53,257 nt of DNA from Candidatus Vogelbacteria bacterium (lineage in GTDB: Bacteria; Patescibacteriota; Minisyncoccia; Phycocordibacterales; JACOZG01). The notes under the pieces were generated by a model. It saw only the letters and a program-made list of their open reading frames with translations. It ran no database searches and had not been told where the DNA came from. Below, in pieces: positions 1 to 8,871 of this stretch; the first letter of the stretch is position 1, and each line of letters begins with the position of its first letter. Where the stretch lies: NCBI GenBank assembly GCA_016181465.1, contig JACOZG010000021.1:1-53257 (forward strand). Direction: 5' to 3'. Position numbers and translations under genes: made by a program.

Positions 1-42
1 AAACACTCCGTTACCAGAGTGCCAATGAGATAGCGAGAGAGT

Positions 43-207
43 ATGGTATTCTTAGAGGTCATTACTAACCGGGTTGCATTTCACCCCATAATTTACAAAC
101 TTGAAACTACTGATAACACTAGCGTGACAGACGCTACCTAGTCAACTGCACTGCCCCTCCTGAACAAAATCCGAACTTTTTACCAAACCAATCCGAGCGA
201 GGACTAA
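43..207 (+). pseudogene. Decayed C-terminal remnant of a probable site-specific (large serine-type) recombinase
   Basis: Frame 1 reads MVFLEVIT..IIYKLETT..AT*STALPLLNKIRTFYQTNPSED* with an internal stop. The tail begins at ACTGCCC, identical to the 3' end of tRNA-Gln (1751-1757). Family assignment is from recalled resemblance only. Confidence 0.35.
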
Positions 208-245
208 TCTGTATGTGCTTGCCCCACCCGCCCTGTCCGCGCACA

Positions 246-289
246 AATCCCCGCCGTTTTTTATGAGATATTATAAAACGGCGGGGATT
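246..289. terminator. Bidirectional terminator-like hairpin
   Basis: AATCCCCGCCGTTTT...AAAACGGCGGGGATT, a 15-bp perfect inverted repeat between convergent units. Confidence 0.7.
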
Positions 290-296
290 ACTCCCT

Positions 297-833
297 TCAA
301 ACCAAATCTAGGGGCATAAATCTCCAATTCTGGTTTTGATTTGATTTCTCGCCATCCTTATTCACAAAATTCAAGACTGTTTCAAGATCAGAAACCGCAA
401 AAGGATATTTGAATCCTGGTTTATCAAAACATATATATTGGTCGCTTGGTTCTCTTTGAACAATAAATGAATGGGCCATCTCCTCAGTCTGTACATCAAG
501 AATTTGACCAACGTAATCTTTCCCGATTTCACAATTCTCATTAGCAAATAAAAAAAGAGACTCTAAGGTTTTTACAGGAGTAAACGGGATATTAGAAATA
601 CTTCGAGCTGTTTCGCCAAAAGTAAAGTCGGCACCGGCATCTTTTTGCATCCGTGCGTCTGAAATCATCTCTTCCAAAGATATTTTTCCGATTACATACA
701 AAACAAATTTATGGCAATTAACGTCTCCGACTTTATCGGCTGGTATTGGAGGGATAGTGTTCCAGTTACCCAACGAATCTTTTTTAAGAAATTTATCTAC
801 CCTGATTTCGATGTGTCCGTTTTTGATTTTCAT
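297..833 (-). CDS. Hypothetical protein
   Basis: 178-aa ORF, start overlaps upstream stop, AT-rich. Confidence 0.7.
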   Translation of the reverse strand: MKIKNGHIEIRVDKFLKKDSLGNWNTIPPIPADKVGDVNCHKFVLYVIGKISLEEMISDARMQKDAGADFTFGETARSISNIPFTPVKTLESLFLFANENCEIGKDYVGQILDVQTEEMAHSFIVQREPSDQYICFDKPGFKYPFAVSDLETVLNFVNKDGEKSNQNQNWRFMPLDLV

Positions 834-1153
834 AAATCTTCGAGTGGGTAAATATCAAAAGCAACTTCTTCGTATGGGTGAACCGCTTTCACTTTCTCAA
901 TGACTTTCTTCAAAACCTCTCGCGGCACTATCGCCTCAATTCTTTCTTCCTCTACTGCTTCATATTTTCCCGCTTCACCAATAGCTGGATTTGTCTTTTC
1001 ATTTCCGCGAAAGCGACCGGTGCCACGAGAGGAAAATGAACAGAAATCATAGTTGCCGATTTTGCCTGCTCCGGCTTCGCCGAGCGCTTGGCGTACGGTA
1101 TCAGCATGAGAAAGCGGAACAAAGACGACAAATTTTACATTTTTTGTTGTCAT
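830..1153 (-). CDS. NIF3/YqfO-like protein (stand-alone PII-like insert domain)
   Basis: KFVVFVP..GAGKIGNYDFCSF..GTGRF..HPYEEVAFDIYPL motifs. Confidence 0.85.
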   Translation of the reverse strand: MTTKNVKFVVFVPLSHADTVRQALGEAGAGKIGNYDFCSFSSRGTGRFRGNEKTNPAIGEAGKYEAVEEERIEAIVPREVLKKVIEKVKAVHPYEEVAFDIYPLEDL

Positions 1154-1749
1154 ATCCATTTATTTTCTTCAAGAAAGTTTTTTACTTTATCAAAAATCTT
1201 TTTGTGTCCCGTAGTATTAGGATGGAGGCCATCTTCAAAATCTTCTTTATTTAGAAGGCCAAAAATATCTAAATATGGAATGTTATTTTCTTGGCAAACG
1301 CTTTTCATCACTTCATCGTACTTTTTTATTTCCGCATTAACATAGTAAATATCTTTCCATGACACTGGCATTGTTTTTGTCTCATCAACATTCTTAAACC
1401 CAATAAAAATTATATTCGGAGTGATATTTTTGGCCTTCCTGATTATTTCCTCCAGATTTTGTCGGAATTGGTCTATGGAAATTTGATTAGGGCCATTTTT
1501 GCCTTTCAAATAAGGATCGTTGCCACCTGACTGGAAGATAATCGCGTCCGCCTCACGAATTTTTGCTTCGGACTCAAATCTTTCGAGTATGGTTTCTGTC
1601 GTCCCACCGGAAATACTTAGGTTGTAAATCTCACACTCGCCGTCGGTTTTCTCTCCAGTATAAAGCCAGAGACGATTTACCCAACCGCCTTTTTCCATGT
1701 CCCAAGCGCCCCACGCAGTGCTATCTCCAAATACACAAATTGATTTCAT
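1150..1749 (-). CDS. SGNH/GDSL hydrolase
   Basis: FGDS block I, GGND block III, DGLHP block V. The true start is MKSICVF; the longer ORF runs through the tRNA. Confidence 0.9.
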   Translation of the reverse strand: MKSICVFGDSTAWGAWDMEKGGWVNRLWLYTGEKTDGECEIYNLSISGGTTETILERFESEAKIREADAIIFQSGGNDPYLKGKNGPNQISIDQFRQNLEEIIRKAKNITPNIIFIGFKNVDETKTMPVSWKDIYYVNAEIKKYDEVMKSVCQENNIPYLDIFGLLNKEDFEDGLHPNTTGHKKIFDKVKNFLEENKWI

Positions 1750-1751
1750 AA

Positions 1752-1822
1752 CTGCCCGGCAGGGACTCGAACCCCAATTTCGACGTTCAGAGCGTCGCGT
1801 CCTACCTTTAGACGACCGGGCA
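1752..1822 (-). tRNA. tRNA-Gln(CTG)
   Basis: TGCCCGG/CCGGGCA acceptor stem, CT-CTG-AA loop, TTCGAGT T-loop; no encoded CCA. Confidence 0.95.
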
Positions 1823-1826
1823 ATGA

Positions 1827-3437
1827 TCAATGGCTATTAGCCAAAGGATGCGGTGTAAGCGGCCGCGATTTGAATTCCGGATGGAATTGCGTGCCGAGGA
1901 AAAACGGGTGCGTCTCGGACGGCAATTCCATAATTTCCATCAGTCGTCCGTCCGGCGACCGGCCGGAAAAAATCATACCCTTTTCCTCAAACTTGGCAAT
2001 GTGAAGCGGATTAACCTCGTAGCGATGACGGTGGCGCTCGCTAACCCGTTGAACGCCGTAAGCCGCGGCGGCGATCGTCCCCTTTCTTAATTTCGCCGGA
2101 TAGGCCCCGAGCCGCATGGTCGCGCCGTAATTCTTGTCTTGCAAATTTTTTTTCTGCTCGGGCATCAGATCAATCACCGGGTGCTTGGACTCGGCATTGA
2201 TCTCGGTCGTATGCGCGTCTGGCCAGCCGAGCGCCTCGCGGGCGTACTCCACCACCGCCAACTGCATCCCATAACAGAGACCGAGATAAGGGATGAGTGA
2301 CTGACGAACAAAGCTGATAGCCTTGATCTTGCCCTCGACTCCGCGCCCGCCAAAACCGCCCGGAACCAGAATGCCGTCATAGGCCGCCAGTTCTTCGAGA
2401 CGCCCGGCGCTCTCTTCGTAATCAACGGCGTCCAGCCACTCAATAGAGAGACGTTTAGCCAGTGAGGCGGCGGCGTGCTTCAAGGCCTCAATGACCGAGA
2501 TGTAAACATCGGCCAAGACATAGTCGCCGGTCTTAAAATATTTTCCGACGATGCCGATCCGCACCGGCTCGACAGCTTTTTTATAGCCCTCAACCATCTT
2601 CCGCCAATCATTCAAGTTTCGCTGCCGGGCCTTAAGTTTCAGCAAACCGAGCAGAGTGTCGCTCAAACCGTCCTTTTCAAAATTTATGGGAATCTCGTAA
2701 ATATTATCCACATCCGGCGCGGAAATGATGCTCGCCGGGCGAACATTGCTGGCAAAAGCCAATTTCTCTTTCCGTTTAGCGTCAAGCGGACGATCGCTCC
2801 GAGCAATGATAATATCCGGATGAACGCCGTAAGAATTGAGCGTCCGCACCGCGTACTGGGTGGGTTTAGTCTTCATCTCTCCGACTTTATGCGGGATCGG
2901 CAAAAAACTGACGAGAACGAAAATGACATTGTCGGGATAACGTAATTTCAGAATCCGCGCCGCCTCGATAAAAATCATGTTCTGATACTCGCCGGCCGTG
3001 CCGCCGATCTCGATCACGGAAATATCAGCCCGGCTTCTGTCCGTCGCCCGCTTGATCCGCCGCAAAATCTCTTCGGAAATATACGGCACCGGATCCACGC
3101 ACTTGCCGCCGTAACCGAGCGCCCGCTCTTTATCAATCACATATTTATAAACCATGCCGCTCGTCATATAATTTTCCGGCGGGATGCTCTCGCCCAAAAA
3201 TCGTTCGTAATTGCCCATATCCTGATCACATTCAAGACCCGAATCAAGCACAAAAACTTCGCCGTGCTCAATCGGATTCATTGTGCCGGCGTCAACATTA
3301 AGATACGGATCAATTTTCATCAAGTTGAGTTTGAAACCGCGGGCCGCGAGGATCTTACCGACCGCCGAAACCGTCACCCCCTTGCCCACGCCAGACATCA
3401 CTCCGCCGATGACGAAAATGTATTTGTGCTTTTTCAC
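1827..3437 (-). CDS. pyrG: CTP synthase
   Basis: GGVMSGVGKG, DPYLNVDAGTMNP, GLCYGMQ, ERHRHRYE, QFHPEF; C-terminus looks clipped. Confidence 0.97.
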   Translation of the reverse strand: MKKHKYIFVIGGVMSGVGKGVTVSAVGKILAARGFKLNLMKIDPYLNVDAGTMNPIEHGEVFVLDSGLECDQDMGNYERFLGESIPPENYMTSGMVYKYVIDKERALGYGGKCVDPVPYISEEILRRIKRATDRSRADISVIEIGGTAGEYQNMIFIEAARILKLRYPDNVIFVLVSFLPIPHKVGEMKTKPTQYAVRTLNSYGVHPDIIIARSDRPLDAKRKEKLAFASNVRPASIISAPDVDNIYEIPINFEKDGLSDTLLGLLKLKARQRNLNDWRKMVEGYKKAVEPVRIGIVGKYFKTGDYVLADVYISVIEALKHAAASLAKRLSIEWLDAVDYEESAGRLEELAAYDGILVPGGFGGRGVEGKIKAISFVRQSLIPYLGLCYGMQLAVVEYAREALGWPDAHTTEINAESKHPVIDLMPEQKKNLQDKNYGATMRLGAYPAKLRKGTIAAAAYGVQRVSERHRHRYEVNPLHIAKFEEKGMIFSGRSPDGRLMEIMELPSETHPFFLGTQFHPEFKSRPLTPHPLANSH

Positions 3438-3446
3438 GATCGGGCG

Positions 3447-4364
3447 CTAAACCTTAAGATATTTGCGCACCGCCCAACTGCTGGCAATCACGCTCAAAAT
3501 CAGGCCAAAACCGAGGATGAGAAAAAAGAGGGTGGAAAAATGATTGAGGTAGTAACTCACCAGATCAAAACGATCGGGAAAAGCGGCCGTGGCCTGCCGC
3601 ACCCAAATCGTTGCCGGATAAAGAAACATGACCGCCAGAAGCGAAGCCAAGAGGCCGGCGATCGCCCCCTCAATAATGAATGGGCCGCGGATATAGCGGT
3701 TGTCGGCGCCGACGAGACGCATGACCGCGATCTCTTCGCGCGAGACATGGATGGCGAGCGAAACGGTGCTGAAAACGGCGAGAACGGCGATGAGAATCAA
3801 AACCAGAGCGATGGCTGAACCGATCCTTCTAACGGCGGCTGTAAAAGCAATAAAAAGATCGATGTCTAATTTTCGATAATTTATATCATAGATAAATTTA
3901 TCTTCCTCGGTCGCGCTTAACGCATTATCGGCTTTCAAAAAACTGGCGATATTTTCGTAATGACTCGGGTCAATGGCTTTAATGTTTAACCTGGCGCCTA
4001 AGGGATTGGGTATTTCCTCCAATGACTGTATAATGATTGAGTTATCGGCGTTGCGTTCCCGAAAATCGATTATTTCTGCCTCGCGTGAACTATAGCTGAC
4101 CTCTTTAACGCCCGATAAAGATTCGATTTGTTTTTTAAAAGTCAAAACTTCAGATTCCGCAACATCGGGGTAAAAAGAGACGCTAATATCCACTTTCTCT
4201 TTTAGAGTCTCGAGTGAAGAATTAAGGAGAGCCTGGCCCAAATAGAGTCCGCCGATCACAAATAAGGCGACGGTCAAGACCACTACCGACGAGAGCGCCA
4301 CCACGCCGCTCCGCCAGAAATTTATAAAGCCCGACTTGATGATGCGTTTGGTATTGACGAGCAT
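3447..4364 (-). CDS. ftsX: Cell division permease FtsX
   Basis: 4-TM layout, REEIAVMRLVGA..IRGPFIIEG, near ftsE. Confidence 0.92.
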   Translation of the reverse strand: MLVNTKRIIKSGFINFWRSGVVALSSVVVLTVALFVIGGLYLGQALLNSSLETLKEKVDISVSFYPDVAESEVLTFKKQIESLSGVKEVSYSSREAEIIDFRERNADNSIIIQSLEEIPNPLGARLNIKAIDPSHYENIASFLKADNALSATEEDKFIYDINYRKLDIDLFIAFTAAVRRIGSAIALVLILIAVLAVFSTVSLAIHVSREEIAVMRLVGADNRYIRGPFIIEGAIAGLLASLLAVMFLYPATIWVRQATAAFPDRFDLVSYYLNHFSTLFFLILGFGLILSVIASSWAVRKYLKV

Positions 4365-4451
4365 GATGTTTAGATTATAGATATTTATTATAGCACAAGT
4401 ATTGTGGATAAATAACTTGACTTCTTACTAGACCCTTGATAACCTTAAGAT

Positions 4452-4507
4452 ACAAACGGCTTCGGCCTGCCCTCGCCTTAAAAAGCGGGGGAAAATTATT
4501 TTTATTT
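4452..4507 (+). ncRNA. Candidate small RNA convergent with the mazF-like gene
   Basis: TTGACT-17-TAACCT promoter with TG extension (4417-4445); GGC-TTCG-GCC hairpin, then CCCTCGC/GCGGGGG hairpin and T-rich tail. Confidence 0.45.
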
Positions 4508-4906
4508 GTTCCTGGTAGGGAAACAGACCTCAGTGATCTGGACTGTTAACTTTTGAAAAGTAGACTCATTAAGTGTAGCGATTTTCTTAGCCAGTCGCTT
4601 GCGATCAATAAAACGAATCTGGGAGAGGACCGCCACGGCATCGCGACCGGTTATATTTCCGACTGGAAAGTAATACTTGCCTTTCTTTAATCGAGCCGTG
4701 AGCGGAACAACCAGGCAAACATCAAGATTGAATTTCGTGAGGATCAACACTGGTCGAGTAAATAACTCGCCGCTGCCATCCTGCTCAAAACCAACATTCG
4801 CTCCCAGTGCACACCACCAGATCTCTCGTTCTTGGAATAACGCTTGCCCCGACTTTTCATGAAGATCAGATTTTAATTGGTGCCACCTCTGAAAATCCTT
4901 TTTCAT
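4502..4906 (-). CDS. PemK/MazF-family endoribonuclease
   Basis: REIWWCALGANVGFEQDG..RPVLI..VVPLT..LSQIRFIDRKRL. Confidence 0.85.
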   Translation of the reverse strand: MKKDFQRWHQLKSDLHEKSGQALFQEREIWWCALGANVGFEQDGSGELFTRPVLILTKFNLDVCLVVPLTARLKKGKYYFPVGNITGRDAVAVLSQIRFIDRKRLAKKIATLNESTFQKLTVQITEVCFPTRNK

Positions 4907-4926
4907 AAATTAATACCTTTAGAGCA

Positions 4927-5478
4927 TTATTTCACAAACCGGAAGGTGGAGAGAACAGAATTTGAAACGTTATGACTAGATTCTTCAATTGTAAGACGGT
5001 AATTAGAAGGTGTTTCAACATAGAATGTTTTAGTTGTAGTGAATCTACCTTCCACTTTGTCTTCTATAAATTTAGCTTTGTAACCATTCAAAATAGTGTT
5101 TTGGAGATAAAAATCCTGTCTATAGTATTGCGCCTGATCGCCAAAAGAGATCATTAGCTGGTACTCTGGATTAGAGACGCTAACAAAACCGTTCATTGAG
5201 TTATCGAAGGTATAACCAATTGGGTATTTAAACTCAAACCCATACTCATCATTTCGGTAAGTTTTCCAGTCAGCGGTGGCGAGATCGGCAGTCGGGGCAG
5301 GAGCGGTGGTGAAAGAGTCAACATCTGGGGAAGTCGGACCCGCCTCGCCGTCGGGCAGGCTTCCCCCAATTGGTGTCGAGGCTTGATTTTTCCAAACGGT
5401 ATAACCGCCGAGAGCTAAAACGGCAAGAAGGATAAGGATAATGAGGGCAACGGCCGAGAAACCTTGATTTTTTGTCAT
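4927..5478 (-). CDS. Membrane-anchored protein with PsbP-like motif
   Basis: Pilin-like QGFS leader plus TM segment, DWKTYRNDEYGFEFKYP. Confidence 0.75.
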   Translation of the reverse strand: MTKNQGFSAVALIILILLAVLALGGYTVWKNQASTPIGGSLPDGEAGPTSPDVDSFTTAPAPTADLATADWKTYRNDEYGFEFKYPIGYTFDNSMNGFVSVSNPEYQLMISFGDQAQYYRQDFYLQNTILNGYKAKFIEDKVEGRFTTTKTFYVETPSNYRLTIEESSHNVSNSVLSTFRFVK

Positions 5479-5496
5479 AGTTATTGTTCTCTTATT

Positions 5497-5613
5497 TTAA
5501 GAAACCTGATCATGAGTTCCAACATCGGTGTAAAACACAGTGTTCCCGCCGAGAAACATGAAGGTAACCCGATATGAATAATCTACCCAGTACGCCCACT
5601 CATTTTCTAACAT
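5497..5613 (-). pseudogene. C-terminal half of a RelE/YafQ-type toxin
   Basis: MLENEWAYWVDYSYRVTFMFLGGNTVFYTDVGTHDQVS*, with a VGTHD terminus; not in the ORF track. Confidence 0.65.
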
Positions 5614-5614
5614 T

Positions 5615-5815
5615 CTACATTAAATCAGCCACGGATTTAATTTTTCTAGTTTTGCCAGCGAGATATTCTTTCAAACTTTGTTCCACTCGTCGGTCGAGCT
5701 TTCGAGCCGATTTCCCCTTCAAGTAATAATGAGGCAAACGGGTCATCGCTTCATAAGCCGAGGCCTTTTTCTTCAGTTCGCGGTATTCAAATTTTGGTAA
5801 AGTGATTGTGGACAT
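5615..5815 (-). CDS. Putative antitoxin
   Basis: 66 aa ending SLKEYLAGKTRKIKSVADL, immediately upstream of the toxin fragment. Confidence 0.65.
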   Translation of the reverse strand: MSTITLPKFEYRELKKKASAYEAMTRLPHYYLKGKSARKLDRRVEQSLKEYLAGKTRKIKSVADLM

Positions 5816-5842
5816 ATTTTCATCTTATCACATCTTACTGAA

Positions 5843-6523
5843 TTATAGAACATACCGTCCCTGCTTGTCATCCCGCGTCAGGCGGCCGTTTTCAAGGGTG
5901 ATCACCCGCCGGCCGATAGAATCAACCACCGCCTTATTATGGGTGGTCAAAATCACGGTCGTGCCCAAATCATTGATTTTTTTGAAAATTTGCACGACCT
6001 CGAGGGTATTCACCGGATCCAAATTGCCGGTCGGTTCGTCGGCAATCAAGATGTCCGGCTGATTGACGATCGCCCGGGCGATCGCCACGCGCTGTTTCTC
6101 CCCGCCCGAAAGCTCGCGAGGAAAATTCCAGAGCTTGTCCGTGAGCCCCACCAGCTCCAGCACATGCGGCACATCAGAACTAATGTCCGCGTCGTCGCGG
6201 CCGGCGGCCTCCATAGTGAAAGCGATATTCTCAAAGACTGTCTTGTTCGGCAGGAGCCGATAATCCTGAAAGACCGAGCCGATTTTCCGCCGCAGACGAT
6301 GGAGATGCTGACGGCCGAGCGCCTGGAGGTCGGTGGAATCTAGATAAACCGCGCCCGAGGTCGGTTGCTCCTCGACCAGAATCATCTTGAGCACAGTCGT
6401 CTTGCCGGCGCCGGAATGACCGACTATAGACAAGAACTCGCCGCGTTCGACCGAGAAAGTTATCTGGTCAAGCGCCAGCGACCGATCCGGGTAAATTTTA
6501 GTCACTCGATCGAAGAAAATCAT
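5843..6523 (-). CDS. ftsE: Cell division ATP-binding protein FtsE
   Basis: GHSGAGKTT, VFQDYRLL, LSGGEKQR, ADEPTGNLD. Confidence 0.95.
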   Translation of the reverse strand: MIFFDRVTKIYPDRSLALDQITFSVERGEFLSIVGHSGAGKTTVLKMILVEEQPTSGAVYLDSTDLQALGRQHLHRLRRKIGSVFQDYRLLPNKTVFENIAFTMEAAGRDDADISSDVPHVLELVGLTDKLWNFPRELSGGEKQRVAIARAIVNQPDILIADEPTGNLDPVNTLEVVQIFKKINDLGTTVILTTHNKAVVDSIGRRVITLENGRLTRDDKQGRYVL

Positions 6524-7419
6524 TTCAAATTTTTTTCCGCTTCAATAAAATTATCGAGATCGCCGGCCAAGACCTCATCAACCCGGCTGGTCTCGACCTC
6601 GGTTCGATGATCCTTCACTAATTTGTAAGGGTGGAAGACATAAGAACGGATCTGACTGCCCCATTCGATCTCCGTCGTTTTGCCGAGAGACAGGCCCGCG
6701 GCCTTGGCTTCTCGTTCGGCCTCTTGCCGTTTGTAAAGCTTACCTTTCAAGATCGCGATCGCTCGCTCCTTATTCCGTTCCTGCGACCGTTCGGACTCGG
6801 CGTGAGCGGCCAGACCGGTCGGCAAATGGACCACGCGCACGGCCGTTTCGCGCTTGTTGACATTCTGGCCGCCGGGACCCGAGGCGCGCGAAAATTCTAT
6901 TTTCAAATCACCGGGGCTGATCATGATGGCCTGATTTTTCTCAAATTTAGGAATGACCTCGACGAGCGAAAACGAAGTGTGGCGAAGTTTTTTCGCCGAG
7001 AACGGCGAAATCCGAACGAGCCGGTGCACGCCCGACTCGTTCTTTAATATACCATAACTACCCTGACCGCGCACTTCAAAAGTGATGTTGCGGAAACCGC
7101 CATGGTCATTCTCGTTCTGGTGGATCAAGAAAACGGGGAACTGGCGCCGGGCGGCAAACTTGAGATACATCTCGTATAAGATGCGCGACCAGTCCTCGGC
7201 GTCGTCGCCGCCGGCGCCGGAAAAAATCGTGATCACGGCATCGCTGGCATCGTATTCGGCCGCCGGCCCGCCGGCCAGAAGGGCTTTCAGCTGTTTGTGT
7301 TCTTCAATGATCGCTTGCGCCCGCATTTTATCGGACCAAAAATCCGGCGCCTGCATCTGACGTTCCAATTCGGTGATTTCCCCCTTGATTCCTCCATTCT
7401 TTATCTTCCCTCTTATCAT
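6520..7419 (-). CDS. prfB: Peptide chain release factor 2 (short form)
   Basis: SPF and GGQ motifs, WGSQIRSYV; start set at the ATG 6 nt after TATAAT. Confidence 0.93.
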   Translation of the reverse strand: MIRGKIKNGGIKGEITELERQMQAPDFWSDKMRAQAIIEEHKQLKALLAGGPAAEYDASDAVITIFSGAGGDDAEDWSRILYEMYLKFAARRQFPVFLIHQNENDHGGFRNITFEVRGQGSYGILKNESGVHRLVRISPFSAKKLRHTSFSLVEVIPKFEKNQAIMISPGDLKIEFSRASGPGGQNVNKRETAVRVVHLPTGLAAHAESERSQERNKERAIAILKGKLYKRQEAEREAKAAGLSLGKTTEIEWGSQIRSYVFHPYKLVKDHRTEVETSRVDEVLAGDLDNFIEAEKNLK

Positions 7420-7530
7420 CCAAACATTATAGCGAAGGAAATGCGAATTGGTAAACCATAGAGGGCGTGGTAAAATTAAAAACATGAAAAATCATAAACA
7501 TGCGGATGGTTCACAAAAATACTACGGGTT

Positions 7531-7956
7531 GTGGCTTCTTTTGCCTTTCTTATAATTGGGGGTTTTTTATTACTAAATATAATTGTTGTTGGGTTTTTGC
7601 TTGCTTTTAGGATTAAACCGATTGCTAACTTTCTCGCTTTACTTCCTGAAACCTCATTCGATATTTTAAATACTTGGTTAGATGTGTTAATTGCGACTTT
7701 GTTACTTCCCTTGTTACCAGCAATAACTTCTCGATTACTATACCCCGTTCGCATTAGAAAAACATGGTTTTATTCTATAATCCCCGTGGCTATTTCCGTC
7801 ATTGCATATAATTTTTTTCCAAAGTCTTGGTGGTTAATGCTTTTATTGTCAACGACTGCGGTCGGATTTATTATTGGTAGATTGATTGACAAAAAAGAAC
7901 AAGGGAAAATTATCGCCGATACAAATTGGAATCTTGAAGCCGAGACCCGGGCTTGA
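7531..7956 (+). CDS. Hypothetical multi-TM membrane protein
   Basis: Hydrophobic AT-rich ORF; 3' end runs antisense into tRNA-Thr. Confidence 0.6.
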   Translation: MASFAFLIIGGFLLLNIIVVGFLLAFRIKPIANFLALLPETSFDILNTWLDVLIATLLLPLLPAITSRLLYPVRIRKTWFYSIIPVAISVIAYNFFPKSWWLMLLLSTTAVGFIIGRLIDKKEQGKIIADTNWNLEAETRA

Positions 7957-8010
7957 ACCGGGGACCTGCGGTTTACGATACCGCCGCTCTACCAGCTGAG
8001 CTATCTCGGC
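7938..8010 (-). tRNA. tRNA-Thr(CGT)
   Basis: GCCGAGA/TCTCGGC stem, GCGGT-ATCGTAA-ACCGC arm. Confidence 0.93.
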
Positions 8011-8456
8011 CTACTAGCGAACAATAAACGACCCTCCTTTACCCTTTTACTCAAAACTCTATTCTTTCTACCATTTCCGCGGTTAAGCCCAGCGTATGTG
8101 GGAGTCAAAGCATCACAATTTGGACAAATTAAACGAAGGTTGGCTTCAATATTATTTCGCCAGTTACCATCAATGTGATCAGCAACCAATGGAACCTCAC
8201 CAGTCTTGAAATTGATCTTTGACCATCCGCACAAACAACACCTGTTTCCAAACTTTCCTCGTAAATACCGTTTGATGTAGGACGAGACCGTACCGATACT
8301 TTGCAACCCGCTCGTTTCCCCAGCTCTCCATTTTCTAATGTACAACCGATGTTGGAATTTAATCTGACATACATTACTGCAATATTTATATTGTGCACGC
8401 GCCGGTTCTTTACCACAAGTTAAACACCTTCTTCTAGACATCTTGGGTACTGGCAT
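8001..8456 (-). CDS. Free-standing HNH endonuclease with zinc-finger motifs
   Basis: CLTC..YCSNVC; CCLC..DHIDGNWRNN..NLRLICPNC; own TTGACA-17-TACAAT promoter (8468-8496). Confidence 0.88.
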   Translation of the reverse strand: MPVPKMSRRRCLTCGKEPARAQYKYCSNVCQIKFQHRLYIRKWRAGETSGLQSIGTVSSYIKRYLRGKFGNRCCLCGWSKINFKTGEVPLVADHIDGNWRNNIEANLRLICPNCDALTPTYAGLNRGNGRKNRVLSKRVKEGRLLFASRPR

Positions 8457-8536
8457 ATGACTAACTAATTGTATGTCTTATGACGACCAGTGTCAAAGGT
8501 AAAAATGGTTGGGCGAAATAAGATTCTGGCGCCGAA

Positions 8537-8609
8537 AGCCGTTGGGCGGGATTGAACCGCCGACCTCGCGCTTACCATGCGCGTGCTCTACCAACTGAGC
8601 TACAACGGC
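8537..8609 (-). tRNA. tRNA-Thr(GGT)
   Basis: GCCGTTG/CAACGGC stem, CGCGC-ATGGTAA-GCGCG arm. Confidence 0.95.
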
Positions 8610-8754
8610 TTCCTCCATAATTTAACACGATTGTTAGAACTAGACAAAAACTTGACAAAAATAACTGGATATGCTAACCTATAATAGACGCTGGATTGTC
8701 GGTTGATGGTCAATCAGCAAAACCAGCTAAGGTCCTCAAAATGGAGGAAAAGCC

Positions 8755-8871
8755 ATGATTCTGTCAGGACCCTTCGGAGATTGCACGCTGGACGAGATCA
8801 GTTGGGGCGGCCCCCGGGCCGAGCTCTATCTCGCGGACCTGCTCGGTCAGGACCCACCGACTGACGAGTAG
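8755..8871 (+). CDS. Small acidic 38-aa protein
   Basis: TTGACA-17-TAACCT (8652-8680), GGAGG SD, ORF MILSGPFGDCTLDEISWGGPRAELYLADLLGQDPPTDE, terminator 8894-8922. Confidence 0.5.
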   Translation: MILSGPFGDCTLDEISWGGPRAELYLADLLGQDPPTDE

